DNA of 64,000 bases. It comes from Octopus vulgaris. Its lineage: Eukaryota. Made by a program: the position numbers and the translations under genes. A model generated the notes under the pieces. It was not told the origin of the DNA. It worked only from the letters and a program-made list of their open reading frames with translations, and ran no database searches. The DNA lies in NCBI GenBank assembly GCA_951406725.2, contig OX597834.1, positions 28,954,001 through 29,018,000 of the forward strand, written 5' to 3'. Positions 24,918 to 38,185 of this stretch are shown one piece after another (position 1 is the first letter of the stretch; every line of letters begins with the position of its first letter).

Positions 24918-25527
24918 CGACCCCACCACCGTACATGTCTCTACGAGAGATTTAGAAATTCAATATTTCTTATATATATATATATATATATATATTAATA
25001 GTTATCACCAAGTTAAAATGACAGTCCAGGAAAATAGGACGAATGCTGCCGTTGATTAGCTCCAAAAGGCCATCACCTCTAGCTAGCTATGTGACATACA
25101 AATCTGTGTCCATTATAACCTTCGATCAGGGGAGGTCAGCAGCTTCCCACTGCCTTTAGTCAAGCACATCGACCCCAGGACTAATTCTTTGTAAGCCTAG
25201 TACTTATTCTATCGGTTTCTTATGCCGAACTGCTCAGTTACGGTGACGTAAACACACCAGCATCGGTTGTCAAGCGATGTTGGGGGAACAAACATAGACA
25301 CACACATATACATATATACGACAGGCTTCTTTCAGTTTCCGTCTACCAAATCCACTCACAAGGCTTTGGTCGACCCGAGGCTAAAGTAGAAGACACCCGG
25401 AATCATGTGGTTGGTAAGCAAGCTACTTACTACACAGCCACTCCTGTGCATATGTATATAGATACAAACACAGATAATGTATACATATATATACACAAAT
25501 ACATACATATAAAGATGATTACATAAT

Positions 25528-25693
25528 AGGCGCAGGAGTTGCTGTGTGGTAAGTAGCTTGCTTACCAACCACATGGTTCAGGGTTCAGTCCCACTGCATA
25601 GCACCTTGGGCAAGTGTCTTCTACTATAGCCTCGGGCCGACCAAAGCCTTGTGAGTGGATTTGGTAGACGGAAACTGAAAGAAGCCCATCGTA

Positions 25694-25737
<44 letters not shown>

Positions 25738-25940
25738 TGTGTGTGTTTGTCCCCCTAGCATTGCTTGACAACCGATGCTGGTGTGTTTATGTCCCGTTAC
25801 TTAGCAGTTCGGCAAAAGAGACCGATAGAATAAGTACTGAGCTTACAAAAGAATAAGTTCCGGGGTCGAGTTGCTCGATTAAAGGTGGTGCTCCAGCATG
25901 GCCACAGTCAAATGACTGACACAAGTAAAAGAGTAAAGAG
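25528..25940 (+). mobile_element. SINE family A, with inverted neighbours at ~25160-25448(-) and 26167-26490(-)
   Basis: Match to the family A consensus. Confidence 0.9.
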
Positions 25941-26339
25941 AATATAGGTAAATATGTTACATACAAGCAAGAATTATGTAAGTACACGTGTACCCTACCA
26001 CCGCTGCACATGGGGTTCTTAAAGGTCATGGCTTAATTAATTACACTATAGACATCCACCTATAAATGTTTCTATACATTTTGGGTGTGTCATGTGAAAT
26101 AAAAGTTTTTTCCTGTGACACAATCAGTTGAATATAATTTATTATTATTATTATTATGTAACTATACTCTCTTTTACTTGTTTCAGTCAATTTGACTGTG
26201 GCCATGCTGGAGCACCGCCTTTAGTCGAGCAAATCGACCCCGGGACTTATTCTTTGTAAGCCCAGTACTTATTCTATCGGTCTTTGTTGCCGAACTGCTA
26301 AGTGACGTGGACGTAAACACACCAGGAGGACAAACACAG

Positions 26340-26404
<65 letters not shown>

Positions 26405-27607
26405 TACGACAGGCTTCTTTCAGTTCCCGTCTACCAAATCCACTCACGAGGCTTTGGTCGGCCAGAGGCCAAAGCAGAAGACACTTGCCACGCAGTGTGT
26501 AGCAACATCTGATAGCCTGGTTGGTCACGGTGATCACAGTGATATATACACACACACATACTGGCACTGTCAGTGATGACAATGATGGTTCCAGTCGATC
26601 TGATCAACAGAACAGCCTGCTCATGAAATGAACGGGTATGTGGCTGAGCACTCCACAGACAAATGCATCCTTAACACAGTTCTCAGGGAGATTCAGCATG
26701 ACAGAGTGTAACGAGGCTGGCCCTTGGAAATACAGTTACTACACATTTTTGCCAGCTGAGTGGACTGGAGCAACATGAGAAAATGTCTTGCTCAAGGACA
26801 CAATATGTCGCCAGGAATTGAACTCATGAACTTGCAATTGTAAGCCGGACACCCTAACCACTAAGCCACACACCTTCATTCATACATATACACATAGTTT
26901 CCATCTACCGAATCCATTCACAAGGCTGTAGAAAGCATGCCACATCAGACTGGAGGCTGGTGCAGCCCCTCAACTTACCATACCTGGTCAAACCAGCGAA
27001 CCCATGCCAGCAGAGACAATGGACGTTAAATGATGATTATGCCATGTGTATGTATGTGTGTGTGTTTTTGTATTTGACCCTCGCCATTGCTTGACAACCT
27101 ATGTTGGTTTGCTTACATCCTCATTACGTAGCAGTTCAGAAAAACAGGCCCAATAGAACAAGTAACAGACTTTTTAAAAAACCAAAAGTTGGCCTGGAGC
27201 TGCAGTAAGAGTGACACTTGCCCAAGGTACCACACAGCAAGATTGAACTCAAGACCACATAGGTAGGAAGCCAGCTTAACCACATAGATGTGCTTGCACA
27301 AGTAGATTGCTAAAAGCAATCAGAAAAAAACCTCTGTGTTAATTCTTGTCCCTATGCTTGTTTGCATTTAACATTTAAATATAACATTTAACATACAAGC
27401 AATTATGATATACGTTACATAACTGCATTTATATATTTGGATTTACGGATAATGAGGAAAGTATTTTTTTTTTACTGCTTTTAACTTTTACTTGTTTCAG
27501 TCATGTGACTGTGGCCATGCTGGAGCACCGCCTTTAGTCGATCAAATTGACCCCAGGACTTATTCTTTGTAAGCCTAGTACTTATTTTATCGGTCTCTTT
27601 TTTTTTT

Positions 27608-28990
27608 GCCTTGGGGGCCTTTACACAAGATCTGTACTCTTCCTTTGAGAAGGAGTCCATTATGTGATAGAGGTTCCTTTCTTCCAGTACCCAAGCAGCC
27701 ACCTGCAGAGGCCACTCTGGAATACAAGTTGAGTCTATCAGGTCCCGACTATTAAAGGAACTTTCTATATAATTCTCTATAGCCCCTCCCTTGAGATAGA
27801 AGATCACATGTTCTTCAACATTTCCACTGGGAGGGGCCTTCTTCTTCCCCACCTCCGGTGGCTCACGTTCCACTGAAGGGGTTTTGGAACATGCCACTGG
27901 TGCACCAGCAACCGCTGGCGATGCCCTGTTTTTCTTCTTTCTTTTTTTTTTGTTTACAACGAGAGGGTGGAGTTCCACCATCATGTTCAGAAGTCCCTCC
28001 TTCTCTCCCACCGCCTCAGGATCCATTGGTGGGCAACCATTGTTGCACACCTTTTTTTCCCTTTTGTTTTAGGAGGTAACCTCCTCAACTTTTTCTACCT
28101 CTCCCTCTTGTCAATTTCCTCCCACGATATGTGGGGAGAAACAAAACTTTTTCCCCTTCCAGGGACTGGCTAGTGAAGATGCTAGCCTCCTTAGGGGTGT
28201 CAAATAGCAACCACACTGTTGCAAATTTGACACCCCTTGCAATAAACTTGATAGTTGGAAGGTATTCTGCCAACTCTTTTTCTATTCCTACTTGAGGGAA
28301 CACAGTGATGGTATCGAGGGACATGGAATATGTCCTCAACACCACCATTCTCTCATTACAGTCCTTTATCCACTGCTTAGTGGGTAAAATTTCCCACTCC
28401 AGCACAGTGTTTTTTTGTTGTTGCCATAATTGCAAAAACAAAGAAAGAAAAAGAGTTCAACAGAAAGATCAAATATTTCAAATAAAAGTTAAAGAAAAAA
28501 ATACAAAAAAGAACAGAAAGACAGAGCAGAGACAAAGAACGAAGGAAGACAGTTCAATTCACGGCAACACAATTCCGCTACTCCGGTAATCCACACGAAT
28601 ACAGGTACTCCAGTGGCAGCACAAAAATTAATTCTTGGTGTCCTCGTACTCCTTGCCTGTGGTAAATCCAATGGAACTTCCAGGGCACGAACACAGTCTA
28701 TCTATCAATCTATCCGCTCAGTTGAAGTCGACTCTCGGTCACTCGTTGGATCAGTTCTATCCTGGGCCGCTTCTTTCAGATTGGTTATGTCCATTCGGGT
28801 ATCCCTCTAGATGGTGTCAAGCCAGCGGGTTCTTGGTCAGCCTCTTCCTCTCTTGCCACTGACCATTCACACAAACACAATTTTCACAAATAAAAAAATT
28901 TTTGAGGAGGGGATACGCCTCCTCAAAAACACAATTCTCACTGCAAAGTGAGTCTTTTCACACGACCACAGGCAGGCAAATGTCTGGAGC
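27608..28990 (-). mobile_element. Disrupted coding remnant, possibly 5' UTR plus ORF1 of a non-LTR retrotransposon
   Basis: Two consecutive non-repetitive minus-strand ORFs (28085-28441, 27481-28050) with Lys-rich tracts and a possible RRM-like segment (VVLRTYS..IKFIARGVKFATVWLLFDTPKEA). No clear splice signals. Family assignment is inference. Confidence 0.4.
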
Positions 28991-29005
28991 AGGGTGGAGA
29001 CTGTT

Positions 29006-29422
29006 GCACGGAGTGGCTGTGTGGTAAGTAGCTTGCCTACCAACCACATGGTTCAGGGTTCAGTCCCACTGCATAGCACCTTGGGCAAGTGTCTTCTACT
29101 ATAGCCTCGGGCCGACCAATGCCTTGTGAGTGGATTTGGTAGATGGAAACTGAAAGAAGCCTGTCGTATATATGTATATATATGTATGTATGTGTATGTA
29201 TATGTTTGTGTGTCTGTGTTTGTCCCTCTAGCATTGCTTGACAACCGATGCTGGTGTGTTTACATCCCTGTCACTTAGCGGTTCGGCAAAAGAGACCGAT
29301 AGAATAAGTACTGGGCTTACAAAGAATAAGTCCCGGGGTCGATTTGCTCGACTAAAGGCAGTGCTCCAGCATGGCCGCAGTCAAATGACTGAAACAAGTA
29401 GAAGAGTAAAGAGTAAAAAGAG
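29006..29422 (+). mobile_element. SINE family A, full length
   Basis: Match to the family A consensus. Confidence 0.9.
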
Positions 29423-29837
29423 TAACAAAACTCCACTAATCCCCCCAAAATAAAACAAACGTCTACATGTAACCGAGCTTCAAACGTTCACCATTTCATT
29501 TCGAAAGACGTGACTTCCAAGTAGCAAGAACTCTCCTGTAGTAAGGTAAGCAAGCTACTTACCACACAGCCACTCCTGTGCATACGCCTATACATGAAAT
29601 TATACACCCTTGCACACCAGCATGCAATTTCACGATCAAATGTAAGTTCCAGATCAAACATAATGAAGGTTTTAGGAATGATGTTAAGAACACGATTGAG
29701 TTAAAGGTTCAGTTGAGCTGTGTGAGGTGAGATCAGATTGGAGACTGGTGCAGCCTTCTGGCTCACCAGTCCTCAGTCAAACTGTCCAACCCATGCCAGC
29801 ATGGAAAGCGGACGTTAAATGATGATGATGATGATGA

Positions 29838-29883
<46 letters not shown>

Positions 29884-29886
<3 letters not shown>

Positions 29887-30116
29887 CACCACAGGAGCAA
29901 AGACAGCCGAGGAGAGACGGATTCAGTCAGCAGAACAGAAACGCCAGATGCGGAAAGCCAGAGCCACCTGCACCAATAGCACAGCCCCTACCCACTTCTG
30001 CCCCACCTGTGGGAGGGGCTTCCTTGCCCGGATTGGCCTCACCAGCCACCTCCGGTCTCATAGCAGCAATTCCACCAGATGATGTCAATGGTCATCTTCG
30101 AACCCGAAGGACGAAC
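29884..30116 (+). mobile_element. Short 3'-end copy of the RTE LINE, inverted relative to 30177-32174
   Basis: Encodes ITTGAKTAEERRIQSAEQKRQMRK..CPTCGRGFLARIGLTSHLRSH and carries the same 3' terminus GGTCATCTTCGAACC(C)GAAGGACGAAC. Confidence 0.92.
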
Positions 30117-30176
30117 ATATATATACATATATATATACGCACACATATATATATACACATACATATATATAATAAT

Positions 30177-32174
30177 GTTCGTCCTTCGGTTCGAAGATGA
30201 CCAACTGACGTCATCTGATGGAACTGCCGCCATGAGACCGGAGGTGGCTGGTGAGGCCAATCCGGGCAAGGAAGCCCCTCCCACAGGTGGGGCAGAAGTG
30301 GGTAGGGGCAGTGCTACTGGTGCAGGCGGCTCTGACTTTACGCATCTGACGTTTCTGCTCCGCTGACCGAATCCGTCCCTCCTCGGCTGTCCCTGCTCCC
30401 ACGGTGATTGCGCTGCGCCAGGATGAGCGGTTGGCAGCAAGTGTCTCCCAGGTCTCTGTTCCGATGGAGAAGTCTTTGAGAGAGACCTTGAGACTATCCT
30501 TGTAGCGCTTTTTCTGCCCTCCGACTTTGCGCCTGCCCTGGCCGAGTTCACCGTAGAAGAGCTGTTTTGGGATGCGAGTGTCGGACATGCGGGAGACGTG
30601 GCCCGCCCATCTCAGCTGGGCCTTGCGCATGATTGTGATGGTGCTAGGGAGATCTGCCTGCTTCAGAACTTCCGTGTCTGGGACTTTGTCCTGCCAGCGG
30701 ATGTGAAGGAGATTCCGAAGACACCTGAGATGGAAGTGGTTTATCTGGCGCTCGTGCCTTCGGTAAGCAGTCCACGTCTCGCAGCCGTATAGTAGGGTGG
30801 TAAGCACGACTGCCCGGTAGACTTTCAGCTTGGTGTTGAGGCTGATTCCTCTCCGCTCCCAGACTTTCTTTCGCAGTCTCCCAAACGCGCTGCTTGCCTT
30901 GGAGATTCTGTTGATGGTTTCAGCATCTATGTTGGCATTGCAGGAGAGAGTGCTGCCCAGGTAGGTGAAGTTTTCCACCACTCGTAGGATCCGTCCGTTC
31001 ACCCTTATCTGAGGCTCATGGTATTGTTTGCCGGGGGCTGGCTGAAACATCACTTCAGTTTTCTTTGCACTGATGGTGAGACCGAAGTTGTCACAGGCTG
31101 ATGAGAACCTGTCCATCTCGAGCTGCATCTCCTGCTCATCGATTGCATTAAGGGCGCAGTCGTCAGCAAAGAGAAAGTCTCTGACGACTGTCTCCCTCAC
31201 CTTTGTGACAGCCTGCAATCTCCTGGAGTTGAAAAGTTTCCCGTCTGTCCTGTACTTGATGTTGATACCGGACTTGCAGTCCCTAAAGGCGTCGGACATC
31301 ATTGCCGAGAACATGATGCTGAACAGTGTTGGGGCCAGGACACAGCCCTGCCTGACTCCATTGGTCACCTGGAAGGCTTCAGATAAGTTGCCGTCTTCAA
31401 GGATTCTGGCTGTCATTCCGTCGTGGAACTGGCGGACAATTGCAATAAATTTGCTGGGGCAACCAAATTTTCCCATGACCTTCCATAGTCCCTCCCGACT
31501 GACTGTATCAAAGGCCTTGGTGAGGTCAACAAAGGTCATGCAGAGGTCAAGGTGCTGCTCCATGCATTTCTCCTGGAGCTGGCGGGCGGCGAATATCATG
31601 TCAGTGGTCCCTCGACCCGCACGGAAGCCACACTGGCTCTCAGGGAGAAGGCCTTGCTCCAAGTGTTCCAGAAGGCGGTCAAGCAGGACCCGGGCCAGGA
31701 TCTTGCCTGCTATGGACAAGAGGGAAATACCTCGGTGGTTGTCGCAGGACTGCCGATCTCCTTTCCGCTTATAAATGTGAACGATTGTTACATCCCGGAA
31801 ATCTTGAGGGAGTTGTTCCCTGTCCCACATCGACTGGAACAGGCTGGTGAGCTGACTGATCATGGTGGGGCCGCCCGACTTGAACACCTCTGCAGGGATG
31901 GCGTCAGAGCCTGGAGCTTTGCCGGTGGACATTTTTTGATAGCTCTGCTCACTTCCTCGACTGCAGGGGGAACAGCCAACTCGTGGTTTGTTGGCACCTG
32001 GGGGAGTCGTGCGATGGCTTCCTCGTTGATCTGGGCTGGTCGGTTGAGCACGATGTTGATGTGCTCCGCCCATCTCTCCAGGATCAGCCTCTTGTTAGTC
32101 AGGAGTGAGGTTCCATCTGAGCTGAGCAGGGGGGTTGATCCAAAGGAGAACTGCGGTCCATAGACAGCTTTCAT
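30177..32174 (-). mobile_element. 5'-truncated RTE (BovB-like) LINE: reverse transcriptase plus C-terminal C2H2-like finger, one frameshift
   Basis: RT motifs GKAPGSDAIP, NHRGISLLSIAGKILAR, ESQCGFR, FVDLTKAFD, GVRQGCVLAP, FLFADD, FTYLGS and QLRWAGHV; C-terminal CPTC..H..H. The upstream frame (MKAVYGP..ILERWAEH) joins through a 1-nt shift at the T6 run 31932-31937. Endonuclease domain absent; flanked by (TA)/(TG) microsatellites. Confidence 0.95.
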
Positions 32175-32192
32175 ATACATACATATACATAT

Positions 32193-32244
<52 letters not shown>

Positions 32245-32247
<3 letters not shown>

Positions 32248-32444
32248 ATCCAAACAAGAAAACACAAAAAAACACAGCAACGCGAGGACGTGGAACAAAT
32301 AAAGTATTATTGGATGCTCAGGAAAGAAGGGAAGAAGGAGGGTTTAACGTTTCGAGCGGAGCTCTTCGTCGGAAACAAAGGAGAAGGAAAGATCCCGAGA
32401 AGGGAAGACAGAGGAAAAAAAATTGCTGGCGGTGCTCACGAGGT

Positions 32445-32450
<6 letters not shown>
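32245..32450 (-). mobile_element. Penelope-type short element with minimal hammerhead-like motif
   Basis: Minus strand 32376-32342 reads gtttCCGACGAagagctccgctcGAAAcgTTaaac; embedded between microsatellites. Confidence 0.55.
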
Positions 32451-32491
<41 letters not shown>

Positions 32492-32895
32492 GTATACATA
32501 TATATATATACATATACATACATATATATACATATATACATACACATACATATATACATACACATACATACATATACATATATACATACACATACATACA
32601 TACATATATACATACACATACATACATATATACATACACATACATACATATATACATACACATACATACATACATATATACACATACATATACATGCATA
32701 TACATACATATATACACATATACATACATACACATATACATACACATATACATACAGATACATATATACACATATACATACATATATACACATATACATA
32801 CATATATACACATATACATACACATACACATACATACATACATACACATACATACATACACACATACATACACATACATACATACATATATATAT
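32447..32895. repeat. Compound (TA)/(CA)/(TACA) microsatellite
   Basis: Visible directly. Confidence 0.95.
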
Positions 32896-33359
32896 GAGTA
32901 GGGAGCCCAGTGTAAGTATGTACATATGCACATATGATCATTACTTGCTAGTACAGCCGCTGCATTCATCTCATACTTTAGAACTAGCTTCTTTTGCTTG
33001 TTGCAAGATCAGTGAGTGTGTCACTTGAATTAATATATATATATCACCAGCAGAAGCAAGCTACTGCCATTTCTAGCAAATGAGGTATCCAGTACTGAAG
33101 GGAGGCAGATATAGCCCAAAATTAAGCTGGTCTGCTGATCCCATCACTGGAAATTGGTAGGGGTTCATTCCCCTGTTTGCAATATATCAGATGGAGCTAT
33201 GCATCATTAACCAGCTAGAGATTGTCCTCTTGGGGTTAAAAAAAATCACAGTAAAATCTTTTCAAACAGAACAGCCATGTTGAAGAGGCTAGAACATTAC
33301 TCGCTGGTAGAACTACTGGGTTCATCTTTTGGAGAGATTTTACTAGTTTATTTGCTTAT

Positions 33360-33368
33360 ATATATCCA

Positions 33369-33408
<40 letters not shown>

Positions 33409-33615
33409 CATCTACCTATCTATCTACCTACCTACCTATCCGTCTACCTATCTATCTATCTGTCTCTCTGTCTGTCTATTTTTATCTATCTATCTCTGTC
33501 TGTCTATCTATCTATCTATCTGTCTCTCTGTCTGTCTATCTCTATCTATCTGTCTGTCTGTCTATCTCTATATCTATCTATCTATCTATCTATCTATCTA
33601 GAGAGATAGATAGAT
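33360..33615. repeat. (TCTA)n microsatellite (others at 40545-40690 and 44560-44770)
   Basis: Visible directly. Confidence 0.95.
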
Positions 33616-34069
33616 TAGTGCAACATTCTTTTTATATAACTCTCCCTCTTATATATATACATACGTGTGTGTGTGTATGAAATACAGACGGAGAGAAAAC
33701 CAACATGTGGATTTTCTTACATGCTAAAAATGGCAGTCGAAGCCCAAAACTACGAAAAAACATTACTATTATATTTTAAAATATTTATGTCTCCTGACTT
33801 TTATTACGCATGCTAGCCACTGGGTAATAATTTTTACCATTGTATTTAGGAAGTTATATATAAATATATAAACTTTCACAAACAAAAGACTCACTGTGTT
33901 TCGAAATTTTTGGCTTGCTCCCTTTCAGACTTTGAAATCACGACCACCTTTGTTAAAGTACACTAAATACGTACTCTACTTTAAAAAAGAATATTAAAAA
34001 TAAAAGAAATGAGTATCAAGTAAACCTTCAAATTATTTTTATCCTTTATAAAGTTCAAATACAAACATC

Positions 34070-34743
<674 letters not shown>

Positions 34744-35319
34744 TTAGCTTTGATTATGCAGACCTTTGATCGAAGATGTTCCAGCTGTGACCATCCCCTT
34801 TATGATTCTATTAATATGACTTAGTGTTATTTGTGTCTATTTTAAGCCATACGAAATACCGCAACTTGCCGTAAGTAATTCAAGTCGCAAGACGTAAGTT
34901 TATGTGGCATGTAAAATCTGCGACCAAGTTTCGATTCTTGGCTGCTGCTGTAGAAGGTTTTATACAAAACTGATTTCAGTCAATGAAATGCGGCCATGCT
35001 GTGGCACCACCTTGAAGGGTTTTAGCCAAACAAATGGATCCAAGTACTTATTTAAAAAAAAGTCTAGTACTTATTCTATCGGACTGTTTTGCCGAACTGC
35101 TAGTTTACTGGGACGTAAACAAACCAATATCGATTGTCAAGCGGTGGTAGAGGGGACAAACATTAATACACACACACACACATACATGACGGGCCTCTTT
35201 CAGTTTCCGTCTACCAAATCCACTCACAAAGGTTTTTGATGTCCCAGCGGCAAGAATAGAAGGTACTTGCCAAGGTGTCATGCAGCGGGACTGAACCTGA
35301 AACTATGAGAGATTTTCTT

Positions 35320-35735
35320 TTAATTTGTTTCACTCATTTGACTGTGGCCATGCTGGAGCACCGCCTCTAGTCGAGCAAACCGACCCCCAGCACTTATTCT
35401 TTGTAAGCCTAGTATTTATTCTATCGGTCACTTTTGCCGAACCGCTAAGTTTCGGGGACGTAAACACACCAACATCGGTTGTCAAGCGCTGGTGGGGAGA
35501 CAAAGAACACAAAAATACATACATACATACATATATATATACACACACACACACACAGACACACACACACATATACACATTCACGACGGGCTTCTCTCAG
35601 TTTTCTGTCTACCAAATTCACTCACAAGGCTTTGGTCGGCCCGAGGCTATAGCAGAAGACACTTGCCCAAGGTGCCATGCAGTGGGGCTGAACCCGGAAC
35701 CATGTGGTTGGGAAGCAAGCTTCTTACCACACGGT
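35320..35735 (-). mobile_element. SINE family A (older copy adjacent at ~34970-35305)
   Basis: Match to the family A consensus. Confidence 0.85.
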
Positions 35736-36151
35736 CACCCCTAATTTTACTAAAGTTGAAATTATCTTTGAGAAGTGCATAGCAATCTAAACGCCACGCT
35801 ACCGTATTTTCCCCTTATCAGCTGGCTTTATTAATACAAAATGTCTTATGAATTGATCGATTATCACCGAAACTACTACAGCAACAACAATAATACAGTA
35901 TGATATAGCAAATCGATTAATTCCTGAGTCATTGGGTTTCGTTGTGGTGGGGGCGTTTAAGGTTTTTATCACATACGTCATTTTGTAAGGCAAAGAAAGT
36001 ACATAATGAATGGTACGTACGTGTGTGTCATACGTCAGTTTGTGTGCGGATGTGAAAATATACACATTTATATGAACACACAGACACATATACACTTATA
36101 TGTCGAAATATTTTTATATATGCATACATACACACACACACACATATATAT

Positions 36152-36345
36152 ATATATACCAATTAAGGACTGAACACGAAAAGTGGACAGTCAACATGCT
36201 AGATATAGACGTCAAATCGCCATTCTCCACAAAAGATTATGTTCTCAGATCAAACTTATTCTTTTGTGGAGAATGGCGATTTGACGTCTATATCTAGCAT
36301 GTTGACTGTCCACTTTTCGTGTTCAGTCCTTAATTGGTATATATA
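36152..36345. repeat. Perfect ~80-bp inverted repeat with a ~23-nt loop
   Basis: TATACCAATTAAGGACTGAACACGAAAAGTGGACAGTCAACATGCTAGATATAGACGTCAAATCGCCATTCTCCACAAAAGA is followed, after a short loop, by its exact reverse complement. A third identical arm is at ~40200-40280. Confidence 0.95.
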
Positions 36346-36428
36346 AATATTTTAATCTTCGGATTCTTTTTTAATATGCTAGACCACTGGTCTTAATTGA
36401 TAAATATCAATTTCTAGCCTTAATTAAT

Positions 36429-36479
<51 letters not shown>

Positions 36480-36709
36480 GTTGAGTTGAAACACTCCTGT
36501 CACAACCTGGGACCTTGAAGACTGCTTTAATGCAAGGAAGTATACTAGTCCCTTAATATTTGATATTAAATATCTATTCAATAAGACAATCAATACTTCA
36601 TTTCTTTATACTATTATATATACTTTTTATACTATATATCCTATATTCTACATTAATATTATAAAGAATATAAATAAAACACAAAAAAAACAGAGTTGGA
36701 ATTTCTTAG

Positions 36710-36757
<48 letters not shown>

Positions 36758-38185
36758 AGGGTTTTTTGCAACAAGTTGCTTAAACCACATACCGAAAATA
36801 TTAGAAATAGCAGCCAAAAGACTACTATTTCCTTTTACTACAAAAATAAGTCTCCACAGACAACAATATATTGGAAGGTTTGGAGATGATGTACAGGTAG
36901 TTTGTATTAGAAGAAATGAGGTACTCAGAAATTCGGATGGTTTTATATTTACAGATATTTATTTGTATATTACATGTTTTTATACATCCATATAACTTAG
37001 ACCATGTATTAGCGCTTTCTCCCATTCTTGTGGGGTTTTCAAATCGAACTAAGTTCCTGTGGGAAAAGTTTTGACCATTTTATAGTGGTATTGAGTTTGT
37101 AGTGGTGGGGAGGAATATAAGACAGTACAAGAGGGTGATGGATGAGGAGAAAGGGAGAGAGAGCATGTGTGTGTTTTTGTATTTGGAATGCGTGCTAAAG
37201 ATAAAGAGGAGAAGGGAGAGGGAAGAAGAAAAATGTTTTTAATTGTTTTGGTCTTCTGGACAGGATGCTTACTCCAAGGGGGGGTCTAAGATCTTGGGGA
37301 AAAAGAATTTCAGTTTTGACCATTTCATAGGGTTATTGAGTGTGTGGTAGCGGGGTAGTAGACCATAAATTATATTTCCTTTTTATCATTGTGAGAGAGA
37401 GTGTGTGTGTGTTTAATGAGGGGTGGTCATGGTTTTTGGGTTTAGAGAAGAATTCTTTTTATTATTGTTTTGTGGAGGTGTGTGTGTGTGCGTGCGTGTG
37501 TGTGTGTGTGTGCGTGTGGGTGTCTGTGAGTTTGGAGAAAGGAAGAAAGGAAAAAAAAGAAAAGGAAGGAGAAATAATTGTGTTGATATTTATACCACTA
37601 TATATATACATATATATACACACATAAATATATATATATATAGAGAGAGAGGGAGACCGTGTGTGTGTAACCAACAGACACCCCACCTGCTAGAAACAGT
37701 TACCAAATCTCTCTCAAACTACACCCAACTCTTTACAAAGGAATCGCACACACGGGATAACGTAGCCCTGTGCATACAACAGACGGGATGGTCATGGCTA
37801 GAAACGCATCTGAACACGTGTCCACTCGATAAGGATTTAATCGGAATCCGTCCCGGATCCCAGGAACTACATTCGCGTGTACGTGGTGGTGCTTGGTGTC
37901 TGATGATGATGAGTTCGATTAGAATCGAAACCGATCAGTCACATTCCTCGTCAATCTGAGAAAGGGAAGGAGGAAGAAAAAAATATTTGTTTATATTGAT
38001 ATTAAAATCACATACTACAGTGTTGCTTTGTCTATCATTAGATGCGCTGCTGCGCATACAATTATGGGTTTATCTTACGGTTTATCAACCGGCATACGTT
38101 TGTTTACACTCCGGTGACTTAGCAGTTCGGATAAAAGAAAATACCTAAAAAAGTGCCAGATGTTTAAAAACAAACAAACAAACAA

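Noticed and set aside
31073-32163. Plus-strand ORFs of 233 and 203 aa
   Set aside because: Antisense shadows of the GC-rich RTE reverse transcriptase.
32290-33028. Several 165-203-aa ORFs rich in Y/I/H/T or V/C/M
   Set aside because: Translations of (TA)/(CA)/(TACA) microsatellite, open in all frames. The same applies to 34068-34526, 39140-39585 and 45187-45942.
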